This document shows positions 44,465-54,209 of a stretch of 54,322 nt of DNA, in pieces. This DNA comes from a virus (Duplodnaviria; Caudoviricetes): positions 1 through 54,322 of the IMG/VR virus record IMGVR_UViG_3300020436_002755; one strand, given 5' to 3'. A program made the position numbers and the translations under genes. The notes beneath the pieces are model-generated. The model was not told the DNA's origin. It saw nothing but the letters and a program-made list of their open reading frames with translations, and ran no database searches. Each line of letters starts with the position of its first letter. Within the stretch, counting starts at the first letter, position 1.

Positions 44465-45703
44465 TTATGCTCCCTTTGACCAGTTTTTGGCGGCATTAAA
44501 ATTCTGTCTTGAAAACTCAAGACGATCTACCAGTTTCACATACTGGTCAGATTTTAACTTATCTACTGCAACAAATCCTTCAGGATTTGTCACTCTAAAA
44601 CCATCATCATCTTGTATAAAAGTTTTTGTCATAGTTTTTACTTGTTCTAATTTTCTCAATATCAATATTTTACAGGCGATTAACATATTTTGCATTTCAA
44701 AAATTTGTGTTAATTGTCTTATGTTTGTTTGAAAAAACTTTAAAAATTCTTTTTGTGCCTGTTGCTTTCTTATTCTTGCTTTTTCAGTTTTTAATTTATT
44801 TAATTCTTTTTCAAATTTTTGCTTTAAATATAAAATCAATCCTCTTGCGTGTGCTTCAGGGTTTTCTATCGGACGCCCTTCTCTTATTTTAGTATTTGTA
44901 TATGCTTTAATTTGTATATTCACGTCCTTATGATTTTGAATATATTTAAGTATATTCGGATTTAATTGTCTAAATAATCTTCCAGCACCCGATAGAATTC
45001 CTGTTATTTGTGCCGTTTCTTTTTCGGTCATAGATGCTGAACCGCTCACATCTTCATATTCTGCATCTCTAAACCATACATCAGGTGTATCAGTCATTTT
45101 TGATACATCAACGTCAAAACTTGCATTCATATCTGGTAAAGTATCTCCATTATATTTTGTATGAAACACTATACCCATTTTTGACGTTTTTATTTGTTTT
45201 GCCAAATCACTGTTTTTTGGTATAGCATATACTATAGTGTTCGGCTTAAACGTAATATATTCAACACCATCAATAGTTTCATCTTGCAAATCATCTTGGC
45301 TATACATCATATCACCTTGAATCACTCCTTGAATGTTTAATTTAGGTAAATGTTCAAGTGCTAATTTAAGTTTTTTATTTAATCCTTCTGCAGGATGATT
45401 TCTATCAATATCAGTTGGAGTATAATTTAATTTAGCATCTTTGTTAAAGATGCCTTTTGTACCAACAAAAAACTTATTATTTTCAGGATTTTTTCCTGCA
45501 AAAATAGCAGGCGCACCATCCCATTTAACGGTGATGCGAACCTGCTTTCCGCTTTTTGTAGAACCTGCAAGCATATCTCTCAATCCCCTGAGAAAATTTA
45601 TTGCTTGCCGTGTTCCATCAACTCCATTATTAAGAACCTCATCTTCAATGTGTTCTAGATGTAAGTTCTTTTCTTCAGTTATATATTGTTTGAAACTATG
45701 CAT
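44465..45703 (-). CDS. Conserved marine T4-like protein (DUF6267-like, ligase-type nucleotidyltransferase motif)
   Basis: NLHLEHIED, TVKWDGAPA, QGD, FKPNTIVY, PEGFV, VKLVDRLEFS; likely start MHSFKQYITE at 45703. Confidence 0.75.
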   Translation of the reverse strand: MHSFKQYITEEKNLHLEHIEDEVLNNGVDGTRQAINFLRGLRDMLAGSTKSGKQVRITVKWDGAPAIFAGKNPENNKFFVGTKGIFNKDAKLNYTPTDIDRNHPAEGLNKKLKLALEHLPKLNIQGVIQGDMMYSQDDLQDETIDGVEYITFKPNTIVYAIPKNSDLAKQIKTSKMGIVFHTKYNGDTLPDMNASFDVDVSKMTDTPDVWFRDAEYEDVSGSASMTEKETAQITGILSGAGRLFRQLNPNILKYIQNHKDVNIQIKAYTNTKIREGRPIENPEAHARGLILYLKQKFEKELNKLKTEKARIRKQQAQKEFLKFFQTNIRQLTQIFEMQNMLIACKILILRKLEQVKTMTKTFIQDDDGFRVTNPEGFVAVDKLKSDQYVKLVDRLEFSRQNFNAAKNWSKGA

Positions 45704-45727
45704 TTTTCCACGCAACTCGTTTCAAAC

Positions 45728-45735
45728 TATTTATG
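45728..45735 (-). promoter_or_regulatory. Late-type promoter CATAAATA
   Basis: ATAAATA core at the head of the late/virion gene block. Confidence 0.6.
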
Positions 45736-45739
45736 TTTA

Positions 45740-46384
45740 TTAAAGATTCAATATTGTAGAATTTTGGCAGGAATCAACTGGATTTGAGAAGTTGAAATCA
45801 TCAAAACCGGCAGAAGTACAATAAGAAGCATTTTGCTGACCAGCGAATAAATCTTCTATCGAGATTGCATCGCCATTATTACAGATGCTTCTTACTTTCC
45901 AACAAATCCATTCTGGATGACCAATATCTCTCAAATAAACGTATGATGATAGATAATGAGGCAATTCAACTTTCATTGAATTTAATTTTTGTTTTGTTCT
46001 GATACCTGATTTGAATTCTGTAAAATCAGTTTTTTGTACAACTTCTACAGTTTCTTCTTTTACAAGTTCAGTTTTGCAATCAGGACAATCACCTTCTACA
46101 GTCATTTCACAACCCATAGGATCGTTACATGTCTGTACTATTTTAGATTCTTTGACTGTTCTTCGTTGCCATTCTGGTTCTTCTTTGACAGAAGATGATA
46201 AGACAACTTTTGGTTCTGTTTTTTCTAGAGGTCTAAGCATTGGTTCTTTGCCTGGCTCATATGTAACAAGCCATTCTTGACCGTTCATTTCAATAATTTT
46301 TGTTTCTGTCGCAAGTGATTGCTCATACAGAAATGGGATGCCAAAAAACAATGTTACAAGAATTATTAGTATGAATCGTAGCAT
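45740..46384 (-). CDS. Secreted/membrane-anchored Cys-containing hypothetical protein
   Basis: N-terminal hydrophobic segment; 8 Cys including CPDC; GAGG SD. Confidence 0.6.
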   Translation of the reverse strand: MLRFILIILVTLFFGIPFLYEQSLATETKIIEMNGQEWLVTYEPGKEPMLRPLEKTEPKVVLSSSVKEEPEWQRRTVKESKIVQTCNDPMGCEMTVEGDCPDCKTELVKEETVEVVQKTDFTEFKSGIRTKQKLNSMKVELPHYLSSYVYLRDIGHPEWICWKVRSICNNGDAISIEDLFAGQQNASYCTSAGFDDFNFSNPVDSCQNSTILNL

Positions 46385-46404
46385 ACGACCTCTTTGATTA
46401 GGTT

Positions 46405-46426
46405 AATAAAAGAGAGATAATCTCTC
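46405..46426 (-). terminator. Probable intrinsic terminator
   Basis: GAGAGA-TTA-TCTCTC followed by TTTTATT on minus strand. Confidence 0.5.
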
Positions 46427-46445
46427 ACTCACAGGATATATTTTA

Positions 46446-46661
46446 TCAAAAAGTGTCGATAGTGTCAAGTATTTTCTTTAGACCATCACCTGTAATTTCA
46501 TAATCTCCGATTTTTTCAGAAACGTTTTCATCATCTTTGAAGACTTTGAGATCACCTTCATAATTTTCATTTTCTTGTAATCCAACGAGAATTACACTAT
46601 AACCTTTATATTCAATTGTCATTGAGAATGGCTCACCAGGAGCAGATGATACTTTTATCAT
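46446..46661 (-). CDS. Hypothetical protein
   Basis: 71 aa, ATGA-coupled to the helicase. Confidence 0.65.
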   Translation of the reverse strand: MIKVSSAPGEPFSMTIEYKGYSVILVGLQENENYEGDLKVFKDDENVSEKIGDYEITGDGLKKILDTIDTF

Positions 46662-48118
46662 GAGAAATTAAACTCCGCAAATTCTTTCTTGAATTTCATT
46701 TTACCTCCAGTTGCTTTATCGAATGATGGCTCATCGTCATCTTCTTTCCATGGAGCGTTAAATTTACCTTTTTTTGTTTTATTTTCTGCCATGCGATCTA
46801 TCAAATCATCTTGTGCAGATTCTTCAAGATCGTATAACTTCATTTTAGCACGATCAATACCAATAACAAATCTCTTTGATGATGTTGGATCGTTATATCT
46901 ATTCTTGAGTTGTTTGACCAACATTTGACCAAGACCTTCAAGTTCTTCAGTAGATATCAAAGCGAACATCAAGTCGGCAGTTGCAGGAAGACCGAACGAT
47001 TCAGATGTATCTTCAAGACCTACATCTGTACTTGTGAAACCTGAACGTGTGGTCTGCGTGGCTGACACAATTGGCACATCATATTCTACTGCCATGCCAC
47101 GCAGTTCTTCAGCAATGGATTTTATGAATGTATAAGAATTTACATTCGCACCTTGCTTCAATCTTGCAGATGAACAAATGTTGAGATAATCAACAAAAAT
47201 AATCTGCGGAACAAATTGTCTTTTGAGTTTCAATTCACTCAATAAATTACGAAAATGATTTGTATTAGCGGCGGCAGTCGGATACTCTTTGACAATCAAT
47301 TTACCGTCTGTCACTTTACTTATACTTGCGACTTTTCTATCATATAAATCTTTTGGCAATTGTTTCAGATCATCAAGTGTAATGTTCATCAAATTTGCAT
47401 CAATTCTTTCTGCAATCTTTTCTTCTGCCATCTCAAGTGTGATATACAAGACATTCTGACCTTGAGACAAACAACTGGACGCCATGTGACACATGAACAA
47501 AGACTTACCTACACCAGTGCCTGCAATCGCAATATTGAGAGTTTTGTTCGGCAGACCGCCATTTGTAATCTTATTGAAATATTCTAAATCAAATGGTATT
47601 CGTTGTTCAATTTGATGATATGATTCGTATCTTGCTTCAGCATCTTCAATATAATCATGACCGATGTGAGGATCAAAACAGACTGCAAGTGCATCAGATA
47701 AAATTGCAGGTATCGCACCTTTGTCTTTCTCTGTTTTCTTTTGACCATCAATAATTGAAATAGATTCTAGAACTGCATTATAGATTGCTTTATCTTGACA
47801 AAATTGTTCGGTAGTGTCAATGAGCCATTCTGTTTCTGATTGCTCATTCTTATTAGTCTCATAAACATTAAGTCTTTCTATGAGACCCTTGAACTGGTCT
47901 TCTTGTAATTTAGAATTTTCATTAAGTTCGATTACAAGAGATTCCTTTGTTGGTGATACATTATATTTCTGAATAAATTTATTGATTTCCTCAAACAGAA
48001 TTTTATCTGTGTGTTCAAGAAAATAATCATTCTTCAGATATGGTAATGATTTTCTGACAAAATCATCATTGTATAATAGGTTCCTTAAAATCGTATCTTC
48101 TATTCTTTCCATCCTCAC
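46658..48118 (-). CDS. gp41: T4-like replicative helicase gp41
   Basis: AGTGVGKSL Walker A, YITLEMAEE, IVKEYPT, FVDYLNIC, ATQTTRSG, SESFGLPATAD. Confidence 0.97.
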   Translation of the reverse strand: MRMERIEDTILRNLLYNDDFVRKSLPYLKNDYFLEHTDKILFEEINKFIQKYNVSPTKESLVIELNENSKLQEDQFKGLIERLNVYETNKNEQSETEWLIDTTEQFCQDKAIYNAVLESISIIDGQKKTEKDKGAIPAILSDALAVCFDPHIGHDYIEDAEARYESYHQIEQRIPFDLEYFNKITNGGLPNKTLNIAIAGTGVGKSLFMCHMASSCLSQGQNVLYITLEMAEEKIAERIDANLMNITLDDLKQLPKDLYDRKVASISKVTDGKLIVKEYPTAAANTNHFRNLLSELKLKRQFVPQIIFVDYLNICSSARLKQGANVNSYTFIKSIAEELRGMAVEYDVPIVSATQTTRSGFTSTDVGLEDTSESFGLPATADLMFALISTEELEGLGQMLVKQLKNRYNDPTSSKRFVIGIDRAKMKLYDLEESAQDDLIDRMAENKTKKGKFNAPWKEDDDEPSFDKATGGKMKFKKEFAEFNFS

Positions 48119-48461
48119 TTTCGGTTACTTCGATGTTTTCTTGTATTACTTCAATAAGAATATCTCCGATAAGAGTTTCAAACTCTTTACCTTCTTCATC
48201 GGCATATTGTTTATTGACAATTTCTTCAGGAATTTCAATTATATCATATTCAAATTTGTATGTCAATGTGCCGTCATCATTAGCATTTTCATTGACACCA
48301 AATTTATTATATTTGTAAATTACATCTTTAAATTTACCTTCTGTTATTTGAAAGACTTGTTGATCATCACTGTCATTCTGTGGATTCGGTACTATCTGGT
48401 ACCACTTCTTCATCGACTGATTTTGTTCCATATAAAAACTTTTCTTTACAGAAATCGTCAA
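48066..48461 (-). CDS. gp40-like head vertex assembly chaperone
   Basis: Synteny between uvsX and gp41; acidic; FETLIGDIL. True start probably 48413 or 48431. Confidence 0.55.
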   Translation of the reverse strand: MTISVKKSFYMEQNQSMKKWYQIVPNPQNDSDDQQVFQITEGKFKDVIYKYNKFGVNENANDDGTLTYKFEYDIIEIPEEIVNKQYADEEGKEFETLIGDILIEVIQENIEVTESEDGKNRRYDFKEPIIQ

Positions 48462-49428
48462 TTTTTTTCATGACATCTTCTGTAAAATATTTTTCAGGTT
48501 GTTGCAAAATTTGCTTGCCAAACATTTTTGATCCATCTGGCAACTCAAAACGTGTAGAGACTTTAGTAAAGATACCTGCTTCTTCAGCAAGTTCAAGCAT
48601 ACCATACCATCTATCTAAACCTTTGTCATATGTGACAAGAGCATCTACCATTTTATTTTCCACTGTCAATCTAGACTTGTGATTTTTACAGTGAATAATA
48701 TTACCAATAACTTCTGTTCCTTCTTTCTCTTTTCTCTTTGAGAGAAAAACAATATTGCTTGATGCGTAATACAACCCTGTACCACCACCCATCACTTGTT
48801 GAGGAAACATTACACCTACTTGTGAATATGTATGATTTGTAACAAGCATAGGAACTTTTGCTTTACCTGCTTTGAGTGTCAATACTCTAAATGCTCCTTT
48901 TACAAGGGCGGCTCGTGTCATATCTTTTGTCTCTTTACCATCAGCAATGTCAGTCAATTCTTTTGATGTAGATAGCATACCTAGACTATCAAGACAAATC
49001 ATCATAGGTTTGCGTTCTTGATCAGCAAGATATTTGTCTAGAATTTTTGTTGATTGATGTGCAAACTCTTGTATTGATGCGACTGGTAACATAACCATAC
49101 GAGAAGAATCGATACCTCTCTTCTCTATCATGTCTTTTGTTATTGCAGATTCAGACTCAAAGTAAAGAACACCACCGTCAGGGTTATCTGACAAAAACTG
49201 TTTGACAATACCCAATACGAAAAATGTTTTTCCTGTAGCCGATTCTCCAGCAAAGGCGGTAATCTTGTTTCCTGGAAGCCCGCCATAGATACTTCCCGAT
49301 AGTAAAGCATTGAGAGCATAACTACCGGAATCGATAAAGGATTCAACATCACCTGCTTCAACACCATCAGCAACCAATCCAGCATATTCATTTCCTGTCT
49401 CCTTAATCATGTCTGTCAAAAAACTCAT
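48373..49428 (-). CDS. uvsX: RecA-like recombinase UvsX
   Basis: [34 protein letters not shown]. Confidence 0.95.
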   Translation of the reverse strand: MSFLTDMIKETGNEYAGLVADGVEAGDVESFIDSGSYALNALLSGSIYGGLPGNKITAFAGESATGKTFFVLGIVKQFLSDNPDGGVLYFESESAITKDMIEKRGIDSSRMVMLPVASIQEFAHQSTKILDKYLADQERKPMMICLDSLGMLSTSKELTDIADGKETKDMTRAALVKGAFRVLTLKAGKAKVPMLVTNHTYSQVGVMFPQQVMGGGTGLYYASSNIVFLSKRKEKEGTEVIGNIIHCKNHKSRLTVENKMVDALVTYDKGLDRWYGMLELAEEAGIFTKVSTRFELPDGSKMFGKQILQQPEKYFTEDVMKKIDDFCKEKFLYGTKSVDEEVVPDSTESTE

Positions 49429-49437
49429 AACAACTCC

Positions 49438-51957
49438 TTAAACAAAAAAATTATCAATTGTATATCTCTTTTCATAGTCCCAACCTACGCAATTCAATAT
49501 ATCTTTCAACGGATCAAGAAATGTTTTCTCAAATTGCGTATCGTAGTCAATAAATTTATGTAAATCAAATTCAGCAGGCAATGTGTTACCCATACTGATA
49601 ACTGTATCACCTACTGGATTTGGTGTTTTAAGATACGAAAACTTTATCTTCTCACCCTCTTGAATGATCTGATATTTCTTCGTAAGTTTATGTTGCTTCA
49701 GCAAATTATTATGTATAATCGTGCCTTTCACATGTATTGGTGTTCCTTTCTTGTACAACATCGTTGCATCACTATACTTTGCAATACCTTTGACTGAACG
49801 AGGAAACGCAACATCTTCAGGTGGTAATGCCTCAAATTGATTACGAAAACTTTCAACAAATGCAATCATATCATCTTCTGTATCGTTCATCAAAATCTTA
49901 TATGCATCAGCAAGTTTTTGTCTCACAATAGCAGGTGTTGAAGATTTGACTGATTCAAGACCTTTAACTTTAATTTTAGGCTTCTCAAATCGCACACCCT
50001 CACTATCATGTACATTAATGATATAGTGTTTCTTACCAGTCCAGATTGCTCTGTCAGCAAGAACCTCACGTTTCATGAACATCTTTTGCTGATATGCATT
50101 CATGTATTCACGCAAACCATTGAATGATCTGTCAATACATTCTTGTACTTTACCTTCACATACTTTGTCAAGAAAGTCAATTACCTTTTTCTTGTCGCTT
50201 GTATCATCGAATACACTCTTAACAAGATCTTCAAGATTAACATAGATCGAATCTGTATCAGATGCAATGACATAATCTTTATCTTCTGTTTTGAGTATTC
50301 TGTTTAGATATTCATTCACATCTCTCTCAACCCATCTGGTAGATAACTGACCACCAGTTGTAATTGCTTCTGCACATCTCACATCAAAGAAACGAAAATA
50401 CTGATTACCCAAAGCACCATAAGCAGAATTAAGTTGAATCTTTCTAGCCATCTGCATGTTGTCAAGTCTTGCAACTTCCTTAGATAATCTTACACGTTCA
50501 GACGGATTCTTTTCATTTTCATATAGTTGTTGAGTTTCAAGCATTTGCTTCTTGAACTTGGATCTCTCATTATACATACGCTCCATCATAGCAGGCAGAA
50601 ACCCTTGCATGTCTCTGCGAAAATGATAGCCATTTGCGGCCATGCTCAAGTTCTGTCTCTTGCAATATGATGTATTCATTTCTCTACCGAGAAGTTTATC
50701 AACTGTTACTGCTTGTGGTGGATAATCAAGAACCATCGTTTCAGGTGACACATTATACTGCATAATCAAATGCGGATACAAACTATTCAAGTCAAATGAT
50801 ACAACCCAGTTGTATGCACCAGGTTCTGGTTCTTTCACATAAGCACCTTCATATGGATTGTCTTTGAAAGTATCTTTCTTTGGTGGTAGTACAATACCTT
50901 TGCCACGCAATTCATTATATATCAAAGTGTCCCACATTCTTACTTGTGTGAAGACATCTGTGAAATTTACTTTTGCATCATATGCAAGAACAACTGCGGT
51001 CTCAATCAACTTTAGTTTGTCTTCAAGTTTATCTACAAGATCAACGTCTTTCACGTTGTAATCCATAAACTTCTGAAAGTCTTGTTTATACAATTGATGC
51101 AGATTGTCAAACTCTGAATAGTCTAATTTACGCTCACCAAGTTCTACGTGTGCGATATGATCAAGTCTGTAATTTTCTTGTTGTGTATATGTGAATTTAC
51201 GATAGAGGTCAAGATAGTCAAGTGTGGCGGCACCAACCAACTCAAATGCTTGTTGTTCTCGTGTGCCACCAAAACCCATTTGATTGACTGTTCTCTCACT
51301 CACAAACTTCCACGGCGACAATCTCTGATATTCAGGTTTATCAAACAACCGATTTATACGATTGACAAGAAACGGTATGTCAAAAAACTTTACATTCCAA
51401 CCAGTCACAATATCAACATCAAGTTTTTCCCAGAATGAAAGAAACTCTTGTAACATGTGAATCTCATTAGAGCATCGTACATATGTTACATTCTCATCGC
51501 TTGGTGTATATTCACCACAACCAAAAGAATAAAATTTTCCTTTGACTTTTACAGTAATTGATATGACTTCTTCTGACGCAATTTGTGGATCAGGAAAACC
51601 ATTCTCTGAACCAGTCTCTATGTCAATATTCGCAATGCTGATTTGATTGATATCATAGTAGATATCGTTAGGAAAGTTATCAGCAATAAAACAATAATGA
51701 AAGTTTGTATTGCCGTAAATCTTGAAGTTATCTACACCCTCGTACTTGCGAATGAAATCTCTTGCTTCGTTAATAGAACCGCATGGAACTTCTGATACGT
51801 TCTCACCCTCAAGGGTTTTCCATTTAGATTCTTTTGCTGAAGGGATGAATAGGGAAGGGTTGTAATCTACTTTTTGTTTGAAGTGTCGGCCTTTGTCATC
51901 TATACCACGATAGAAGATCTGACCTTTTACATTTTGGACGTTAGTATAAAAACTCAT
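49438..51957 (-). CDS. gp43: Family B DNA polymerase gp43
   Basis: DIET exonuclease motif, GWNVKFFDIP, SFDLNSLYPH, KIQLNSAYG, SDTDS. Confidence 0.98.
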   Translation of the reverse strand: MSFYTNVQNVKGQIFYRGIDDKGRHFKQKVDYNPSLFIPSAKESKWKTLEGENVSEVPCGSINEARDFIRKYEGVDNFKIYGNTNFHYCFIADNFPNDIYYDINQISIANIDIETGSENGFPDPQIASEEVISITVKVKGKFYSFGCGEYTPSDENVTYVRCSNEIHMLQEFLSFWEKLDVDIVTGWNVKFFDIPFLVNRINRLFDKPEYQRLSPWKFVSERTVNQMGFGGTREQQAFELVGAATLDYLDLYRKFTYTQQENYRLDHIAHVELGERKLDYSEFDNLHQLYKQDFQKFMDYNVKDVDLVDKLEDKLKLIETAVVLAYDAKVNFTDVFTQVRMWDTLIYNELRGKGIVLPPKKDTFKDNPYEGAYVKEPEPGAYNWVVSFDLNSLYPHLIMQYNVSPETMVLDYPPQAVTVDKLLGREMNTSYCKRQNLSMAANGYHFRRDMQGFLPAMMERMYNERSKFKKQMLETQQLYENEKNPSERVRLSKEVARLDNMQMARKIQLNSAYGALGNQYFRFFDVRCAEAITTGGQLSTRWVERDVNEYLNRILKTEDKDYVIASDTDSIYVNLEDLVKSVFDDTSDKKKVIDFLDKVCEGKVQECIDRSFNGLREYMNAYQQKMFMKREVLADRAIWTGKKHYIINVHDSEGVRFEKPKIKVKGLESVKSSTPAIVRQKLADAYKILMNDTEDDMIAFVESFRNQFEALPPEDVAFPRSVKGIAKYSDATMLYKKGTPIHVKGTIIHNNLLKQHKLTKKYQIIQEGEKIKFSYLKTPNPVGDTVISMGNTLPAEFDLHKFIDYDTQFEKTFLDPLKDILNCVGWDYEKRYTIDNFFV

Positions 51958-52124
51958 GCATTAAATTTTGTATATCTATATTGATAGGGACTCCCAATTT
52001 GATCTAGTTTATCATAACACAAAAGTATGTGCTTGTCAATCCAAGTTCGTTTGGATTGAAAAGCACCTATTAAAAATAAAAACTGTAAGTATGTTTTCCA
52101 ATATAATGTTTTTATGGTTTCCAT
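51954..52124 (-). CDS. Small hypothetical protein (56 aa)
   Basis: Not in track: METIKTLYWKTYLQFLFLIGAFQSKRTWIDKH...; stop overlaps the gp43 ATG (ATGA). Confidence 0.5.
   Translation of the reverse strand: METIKTLYWKTYLQFLFLIGAFQSKRTWIDKHILLCYDKLDQIGSPYQYRYTKFNA
52011..52039 (-). promoter_or_regulatory. Sigma70-type promoter for gp43
   Basis: TTGACA-17 nt-TATGAT with TG extension. Confidence 0.7.
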
Positions 52125-52576
52125 GGCAAATACTTGCCTTTTGTTTTTTGATTTATAATTAATCCATTATGGCGATTAGAACCATCATTTCTATACGAAC
52201 AATGGACCCACCCACTATTAGGGTCGCCCTCTGGATCGTGAAATTCTAGTATAATCTGGTCAAAATCACAGTTCTTATAAACCCATGTCGCTAATTCTTT
52301 ATTTGATAGTCCATTAATTTCAAAATCGGCGGCTTGGCCTTTTGCATGTTGTGATTTACCTGAACTTCCCACTGCTTCACATAATTTAACTGACCTGAAT
52401 CCAGAGTTGATACGGACTGCTTTACCGAAATGCTCTCTGACAGGTTGAAGAATATGGCAACAAAGATTTGTTAATGCGACAACTTCTTCTACCGTAGGTT
52501 CGTTTGGTATATTTCTACGAATAGCGGTATCTGAAAATGTCATTTCTTTTAACGAAAAATTCTTTGTCAGTTTCAA
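52112..52576 (-). CDS. Peptidase M15 (Zn D-Ala-D-Ala peptidase), endolysin-like
   Basis: LTKNFSLKEM, INSGFRS, SQHAKGQAAD, FDQIILEF, WVHCS. Confidence 0.9.
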   Translation of the reverse strand: MKLTKNFSLKEMTFSDTAIRRNIPNEPTVEEVVALTNLCCHILQPVREHFGKAVRINSGFRSVKLCEAVGSSGKSQHAKGQAADFEINGLSNKELATWVYKNCDFDQIILEFHDPEGDPNSGWVHCSYRNDGSNRHNGLIINQKTKGKYLPWKP

Positions 52577-52587
52577 GTTTTGCTCCT

Positions 52588-52612
52588 AAAAAAGGCGGTC
52601 CGAAGACCGCCT
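52588..52612 (-). terminator. Intrinsic terminator with C(UUCG)G tetraloop
   Basis: AGGCGGTC-TTCG-GACCGCCT-TTTTT just downstream of hsp20. Confidence 0.92.
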
Positions 52613-52618
52613 CAAAAG

Positions 52619-53104
52619 TTATACTACTTTGTGATCTACAACTTTCACTCCATCATTGATTGGAATTTCACGAGGTTTCTTTTCCTCAGGAATTACTCTT
52701 TCCAAGTCAATAGTAAGAAGCCCGTTATACAGGTCTGCACCCTTCACAACTACATCGTCGGATAGGGTAAATCTACGAGAAAATTGCCTCTTCGCAATTC
52801 CACGATGAAGGAAGTCATTTCCTTCCTCTTTTTCAGAGGGAACGGTCTTAATTGAAAGTGTGCCGTCCGCCACTTCTACCTGTAATTCGTCTTTAGAGAA
52901 TCCAGCGAGTGCCATCTCTATTTGATACGCAAACTCACCAGTTTTTTTGATGTTATATGGAGGGTATCCTGTGCTTGCAGTAGCACCAGAATCAACATCA
53001 AATAGACGAGAGAAAAAAGAGTCAAATCCAACACTTGCTTGGAATGCTCTTTCAAAGTCTCGGATGTTTTGTGGGAATGTTATAGACATTTGACTATTCA
53101 ACAT
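52619..53104 (-). CDS. Small heat-shock protein (IbpA-like Hsp20)
   Basis: VGFDSFF, YPPYNI, IEMALAGF, LHRGIAKRQF.RRFTL, NGLLTIDLER.IPEEKKPREIPI. Confidence 0.96.
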   Translation of the reverse strand: MLNSQMSITFPQNIRDFERAFQASVGFDSFFSRLFDVDSGATASTGYPPYNIKKTGEFAYQIEMALAGFSKDELQVEVADGTLSIKTVPSEKEEGNDFLHRGIAKRQFSRRFTLSDDVVVKGADLYNGLLTIDLERVIPEEKKPREIPINDGVKVVDHKVV

Positions 53105-53206
53105 AATTATCTCCTATATTAGCGAGATTAGTTTTGGAGTTACGCAATGGCTAACTCCGTGTGGCAATATGCCACAAAAAGAGGTGCCCTAAATTGGCAC
53201 ACCTCA
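53102..53206 (-). promoter_or_regulatory. ROSE-like RNA thermometer in the hsp20 5' UTR
   Basis: Four consecutive hairpins; the last is ATCTCGCT-AATAT-AGGAGAT, i.e. U(U/C)GCU paired to the SD with a bulged G. Confidence 0.78.
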
Positions 53207-53221
53207 TAACAACTATAATTC

Positions 53222-53229
53222 TATTTATA
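53222..53229 (-). promoter_or_regulatory. T4-type late promoter TATAAATA for hsp20
   Basis: Exact consensus just upstream of the structured UTR. Confidence 0.7.
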
Positions 53230-53233
53230 AAAA

Positions 53234-53261
53234 ATTATACCACAGATTTCGGATTTGTCAA
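53234..53261 (-). promoter_or_regulatory. Sigma70-type promoter for hsp20
   Basis: TTGACA-16 nt-TATAAT with TGn extension. Confidence 0.8.
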
Positions 53262-53827
53262 GTCCCTGTAGAACCAAATCCACCATCTCTGTCAGTCTTT
53301 TGTTTTGGTCTTTCTTGAATTTTTTCAATAGAATAATATTCTGTTCTTCTTAATTCTGCTTGTGCTATTCTGTCACCATGACATACTTCTAAAGCATCAT
53401 GGCCTATATTAATCATAATACAATTACATTCTTCTACGTAATCTTCATCTATGATACCTACATTATTTGCAGTAATTAATCCATTCTTTAATGCATTACC
53501 AGAACGAGGATGAACTTTGATATAATACCCAGGAGGTATATCAAAAATAATACCTGTCGGTATAAGATATCTCCACTGAGGTATCATATCAATACAATCT
53601 GTATCTAATATTATTTCTTTTTTATGACCATATTGATTGTATGCCATGATATGTTCGCCTCTTCTCAAATAAGCATTGAGGTCAAAACATGCTGATTTTT
53701 CTGTTGCTAATGCTGGTATTTCAACATCATTGTGCAAACGAAAAACACCTAATTTTTGTTGTATTTTAATAGAATCCACGGTACTCCAATAATCAACTGA
53801 ATCGCCCATGTCAGGACTTTTTGCCAA
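53258..53827 (-). CDS. dut: Trimeric dUTPase
   Basis: SACFDL, IPTG, HPRSG, GIIDEDY, GDRIAQ, RDGGFGSTG. Confidence 0.93.
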   Translation of the reverse strand: MAKSPDMGDSVDYWSTVDSIKIQQKLGVFRLHNDVEIPALATEKSACFDLNAYLRRGEHIMAYNQYGHKKEIILDTDCIDMIPQWRYLIPTGIIFDIPPGYYIKVHPRSGNALKNGLITANNVGIIDEDYVEECNCIMINIGHDALEVCHGDRIAQAELRRTEYYSIEKIQERPKQKTDRDGGFGSTGT

Positions 53828-54209
53828 TATTATATTTGGGAGTAAGAGTCCATTCGTCTTTCTCTGAAAAAGACAATATTTTTAATTGATTGAGAGAAAC
53901 AACAGGATCTTTTGTTCTTTCTGGATCAACTATACTCAACAATTCCCACTCTGCTAAAAGATTTGTAATTGTATTTCTTCTAGCAATATCATTATCTGAA
54001 AAATTTGTAGGCTTACCATCTAAAGCAAACAATTCTTTGAAATGTACAATATAATATTTCTGTTGTTTGTGTAAAATGTGACAAGACTGAAATAGTGTTT
54101 TGTCTTTACGTGAGGCAACGCCAATGCGTGTTAGCGTTTCTTTTATTTTTAAAAAGTCATCCGATTCTTTAATATTGACTTCGATCATTTGATCAACGCC
54201 ATAGGTCAT
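53811..54209 (-). CDS. regA: Translational repressor RegA
   Basis: DDFLKIKETLTRIGVASR, QSCHILHKQ..YYIVHFKELFALDG, RRNTI..LL.EW, KYNIG. Confidence 0.96.
   Translation of the reverse strand: MTYGVDQMIEVNIKESDDFLKIKETLTRIGVASRKDKTLFQSCHILHKQQKYYIVHFKELFALDGKPTNFSDNDIARRNTITNLLAEWELLSIVDPERTKDPVVSLNQLKILSFSEKDEWTLTPKYNIGKKS

Noticed and set aside
24111-51957. Introns, inteins or homing endonucleases in nrdJ, thyX, gp61, gp41, uvsX and gp43
   Set aside because: All are uninterrupted ORFs of normal length with no intein or endonuclease motifs noticed.
787-52765. The many plus-strand ORFs in the track, other than 12307..13188
   Set aside because: Nearly all lie antisense to well-supported minus-strand genes, have S/L/F-biased shadow composition and lack SD or motifs.
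53161-53206. CIRCE/HrcA operator upstream of hsp20
   Set aside because: The inverted repeats do not match TTAGCACTC-N9-GAGTGCTAA and are better explained as 5' UTR RNA hairpins.
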